Assembly: GCA_046484135.1 (NCBI GenBank)
Contig: JAWOBU010000017.1
Location: 18,696-82,695, forward strand
Length of the DNA stretch: 64,000 bases
Reading direction: 5' to 3'
DNA from: a bacterium
Lineage (GTDB): Bacteria > RBG-13-61-14 > DATKZS01
Shown here: positions 60,702 to 64,000 of the stretch, piece after piece
How positions within the stretch are numbered: position 1 is the first letter of the stretch
Layout: each line of letters starts with the position of its first letter
Made by a program: the position numbers and the translations under genes
The notes under the pieces: generated by a model
Database searches by the model: none
The model's input: only the letters and a program-made list of their open reading frames with translations
What the model was told of the DNA's origin: nothing

Positions 60702-61934
60702 ATGGCAGGAAAACTGGTTCCTCCCCATGGCGGAGGCGAGCTGAAGCCCTTGCTTTTGGAAGGCAAGGCGCGCGAGGAAGAGGCAAAAAGAGCGGAGGGC
60801 CTGGAGAAGAAGGTCATGATGACCTCGCGGGAGACCTCGGACCTGATCATGATGGGTATCGGGGCGTTCACTCCCCTGGACGGCTTCATGACCAAGGCGG
60901 ACTGGAAAGGGGTGTGTGACGAGTTCAAGATGGCGGACGGCCTGTTCTGGCCCATACCCATCACCCTGTCCACGGATGACGAGAACGTCAAGGAGGGGGA
61001 CGAGGTGGCCCTGGTGGACGAGGAGACCGACTGGCTCATGGGCTCCATGAAGATCACCGAGAAGTACGAGATAGACAAGGAGCACGAGTGCAAAAAGGTG
61101 TTCACCACCACCGACACCGAGCATCCCGGCGTGGCCAAGGTCATGGCCCAGAAGAAGTACAACCTGGCCGGCCCGGTCAAGGTGGTCTCCGAGCACCGCT
61201 TCCCCGAGGACTTCAAGGAACTCTATCAGCGTCCCGCCGAGTCCCGCAAGCGGTTCGAGGAGAAGGGTTGGAGCAGGGTAGCGGCCCTGCAGCTCCGCAA
61301 CCCCATGCACCGCTCCCACGAGTACCTGGCCAAGATAGCCATCGAGGTCAGCGACGGTCTTTACATCCACCAGTTGATCGGCAAGCTGAAGCCGGGCGAC
61401 ATCCCGGCGGACGTCCGGGTGAAGGCCATCAACACCCTGGTGGACAACTACTTTGTCAAGGACACGGTGGTAACCGGCGGCTATCCCATGGAGATGCGTT
61501 ACGGCGGTCCCCGCGAGGCCCTGCTCCACGGCGTGTTCCGCCAGAACTTCGGCTGCTCCCATCTCATCGTGGGCCGCGACCACGCCGGAGTGGGAGATTA
61601 CTACGGCCCGTTCGACGCCCAGAAGATCTTTGACGAGATCCCCAAAGACGCGCTGGTACTCCAGCCTCTGAACATTGACTGGACCTTCTATTGCCACAAG
61701 TGCGACGGCATGGCCTCCATGAAGACCTGCCCCCACGGCAAGGAGGACCGGGTCATCCTTTCCGGCACCATGGTCAGAAAGACCCTGTCCGAGGGCAAGG
61801 AGCTTCCCAAGGAGTTCTCCCGCCAGGAAGTGGTCGAGATACTGAAGGAGTACTATCAGAACCTGGACGAGAAAGTCGAGGTCAAGCTGCACGGGGCAGC
61901 CACCGGACCCACGGAAGACAGCAAAAAGAAGTAA
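60702..61934 (+). CDS. sat: Sulfate adenylyltransferase (ATP sulfurylase)
   Basis: 410 aa; [13 protein letters not shown] and [17 protein letters not shown] motifs of ATP sulfurylase; RBS aaaggag. Confidence 0.9.
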   Translation: MAGKLVPPHGGGELKPLLLEGKAREEEAKRAEGLEKKVMMTSRETSDLIMMGIGAFTPLDGFMTKADWKGVCDEFKMADGLFWPIPITLSTDDENVKEGDEVALVDEETDWLMGSMKITEKYEIDKEHECKKVFTTTDTEHPGVAKVMAQKKYNLAGPVKVVSEHRFPEDFKELYQRPAESRKRFEEKGWSRVAALQLRNPMHRSHEYLAKIAIEVSDGLYIHQLIGKLKPGDIPADVRVKAINTLVDNYFVKDTVVTGGYPMEMRYGGPREALLHGVFRQNFGCSHLIVGRDHAGVGDYYGPFDAQKIFDEIPKDALVLQPLNIDWTFYCHKCDGMASMKTCPHGKEDRVILSGTMVRKTLSEGKELPKEFSRQEVVEILKEYYQNLDEKVEVKLHGAATGPTEDSKKK

Positions 61935-62082
61935 GGAGAAGTGTGGCCCGGGTTAAATATAGATCGTGTAGGGATGTGTAATAGACGGTCGGCAACAATT
62001 TTTGTTTTAATGGTCGTCTAGAGTAGTTTCAGTGGGAATTATTCCCGAAAAATCATTTACGAAGAAAACAGGAGGAAAGGAT

Positions 62083-62526
62083 ATGCCAAGTTTTGTCATT
62101 CCTGAAAAATGCGACGGGTGCAAGGCGCTGGACAAGACCGCTTGCCAGTACATTTGCCCCAACGACCTCATGGTGCTCAACCGGGACATCATGAAGGCGT
62201 ACAACCGGGAGCCGGAGATGTGCTGGGAGTGCTACAACTGCGTGAAGATTTGCCCCACCCAGGCCGTCGAGGTCCGCGGTTATGCTGATTTCGTGCCCAT
62301 GGGAGCGGCGGTTACCCCCATGCGCAGCACCGATTCCATCATGTGGACGGTGAAGTTCAGAAGCGGTCAGCTCAAAAGGTTCAAGTTCCCCATCCGGACC
62401 ACTGCGGAGGGACAGGCCAAGCCCGACGGCGACTTCGGCGAGGGAAGCGGCGATCTCAAGGACTCCGCCACCCTCTTTACCGAGCCGGCCTCCCTGGGGC
62501 TCGACGCAGTTTGGACGAAAAAGTAA
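62083..62526 (+). CDS. aprB: Adenylylsulfate reductase beta subunit
   Basis: MPSFVIPEKCDGCKALDKTACQYICPNDLMVLN...CWECYNCVKICP: two [4Fe-4S] motifs and the AprB C-terminal tail; RBS ggagga. Confidence 0.9.
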   Translation: MPSFVIPEKCDGCKALDKTACQYICPNDLMVLNRDIMKAYNREPEMCWECYNCVKICPTQAVEVRGYADFVPMGAAVTPMRSTDSIMWTVKFRSGQLKRFKFPIRTTAEGQAKPDGDFGEGSGDLKDSATLFTEPASLGLDAVWTKK

Positions 62527-62537
62527 GGAGGAGCGAA

Positions 62538-64000
62538 AATGGAAAACATGGAAACCGTAGAAGTTACTACTGATTTTCTGATCCTGGGAGGCGGCATGTC
62601 GGCTTCAGGAGCCACTGTCGAGGCCGCTCACTGGGCGAAGAAGAACAACCTCAAGGTCACCGTGGTGGACAAGGCCGCCATGGAGCGCTCCGGCGCAGTG
62701 GCCATGGGACTGTCCGCCATCAACCAGTACATCGGACTGGGCAATGGCGACAACACGGTGGAAGATTACATTAACTACGTGAAACAGGACCTGATGGGCA
62801 TGGCCCGCGACGACCTGGTGGCATCCATCGCCCGGCACGTGGACTCCAGCGTCCACCTGTTCGAAAAATGGGGACTTCCCATCTGGAAGGACTCCGACGG
62901 AAACTACGTCCACGAAGGCCGCTGGCAGATCATGATCAACGGCGAGTCCTACAAGGTCATCGTGGCCGAGGCCGCCAAGAACGCCCTGGCCGAGCTTGGC
63001 GACAATGGCGAGCTCTACGAGCGCGTGTTCGTGATCGAGCCCCTGATGGACGGCGACCGGATCGCAGGCGCGGTCGGCTTCTCCGTCCGGGAGAACAAGT
63101 TCTACGTATTCAAGGCCAAGGCGGTCATGGCCGGCATGGGCGGCGCCGTTCACGTGTTCCGTCCCAGGAGCACCGGCGAGGGACTGGGCCGCGCCTGGTA
63201 TCCTCCCTGGAACAGCGGCTCTTCCCTGTACTTCACCTTGCAGGCGGGCGCCGAGCAGACCTGCCAGGAAGTACGGTTTATCCCCGTACGTTTCAAGGAC
63301 GGGTACGGACCGGTGGGCGCCTGGTTCCTGCTGTTCAAGTCCCGCGCCACCAACGCCTTCGGAGGCGAGTACATGGTGGAGAGAAAGGACGAGCTCGAGA
63401 AGTGGAAGCCGTACGGCACGGTCAAGCCCATCCCGGCGAACCTCCGGAACTGGCTCGGCATGATGGACATCATGGAAGGCCTGGGTCCCATCTTCATGAG
63501 GACCGAGGAAGCCATCCAGAAGATAGCCGACCAGGAACCCGACGAGAAGTCGTTCAAGAAACGGATGAAAGAGCTCGAGAGCGAAGCATGGGAAGACTTC
63601 CTGGACATGACCATCTCCCAGGCGCTCCTGTGGGCCGCCACCGACGTGCAGCCGGAAGAGAAATCCTCCGAGATCGCCGCGGCCGAGCCCTACTTCATCG
63701 GCTCCCACTCCGGGGCCTCCGGCGCATGGGTGTCCGGGCCCGAGGACATCGCGCCCAAGGACTACTTCTGGGGATATGAGCATATGTCCACCGTGAAGGG
63801 GCTCTTCTGCGCGGGCGACGCCTCCGGCGCGTCCTCCCATAAGTTCTCCTCCGGCTCCCACGCCGAGGGAAGGATCGCGGCCAAGGGCGCCATCCGGTTC
63901 ATCCTGGACAACAACGACCAGCCCAACGTGGACATGTCCGAGGTCGAAAAGTTGAAAGAGAAGACTTACGCTCCGATGAAGCTTTTCGAAGACACCAAGG
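62538..64000 (+). CDS. aprA: Adenylylsulfate reductase alpha subunit, 5' partial (runs off the window, hence absent from the ORF track)
   Basis: MENMETVEVTTDFLILGGGMSASGATVEAAHWAKKNNLKVTVVDKAAMERSGAVAMGLSAINQY... FAD-binding N-terminus typical of AprA; RBS aaggagg; start +/-1 nt. Confidence 0.85.

Noticed and set aside
60591-61892. 433-aa minus-strand ORF opposite sat, and 62605..63861 (-) / 62868..63779 (+) ORFs opposite or out of frame with aprA
   Set aside because: sat and aprA are unambiguous. These are antisense or alternative-frame artefacts. aprA itself is missing from the track only because it has no stop in the window

Overview
High-GC window that looks like a sulfate-reducing Desulfobacterota (deltaproteobacterial) chromosome. 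The anchor is sat-aprB-aprA at the 3' end, with aprA running off the window. There is no rRNA, tRNA or CRISPR. The housekeeping backbone in order is: HU, a fused EcfA1A2 + EcfT ECF transporter, FadD-like CoA ligase, a Na+/solute symporter, PspA-LemA, thiE-thiC, hisD-murA, the rpmH-rnpA-yidD-yidC-jag block, and a marR-fadB-thiolase operon. Accessory or unusual content is listed here. (1) Two tandem paralogous ~670-aa secreted, C-terminally anchored proteins of unknown family, followed by a 23-bp tandem-repeat array and two copies of a perfect 22-bp palindrome. (2) A Zn-ribbon/REC response regulator plus HAD hydrolase lying divergent to a diheme cytochrome c lipoprotein plus an outer-membrane beta-barrel operon whose leader carries an intrinsic-terminator-like hairpin. 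(3) A minus-strand cluster of TupA-like binding protein, class I SAM methyltransferase, a fused HgcA-like corrinoid/TM/2x[4Fe-4S] (HgcAB-like) protein, and a MobA-like nucleotidyltransferase, with a possible Moco-type riboswitch leader. (4) A glutaredoxin-like / ferredoxin:thioredoxin-reductase-like-rubredoxin / 616-aa hypothetical operon next to a 27-bp perfect inverted-repeat element. (5) CoA-disulfide reductase fused to rhodanese, a CapA-like protein, a 958-aa MCP with a polytopic N-terminus, and a frameshifted IS110 transposase inserted next to the rpmH promoter. Many long antisense ORFs in the track are GC-driven artefacts. The displayed sequence and the ORF track disagree by +/-1 nt in a few places, so hand-called coordinates (rpmH, aprA, small motifs) may be off by 1-2 nt.
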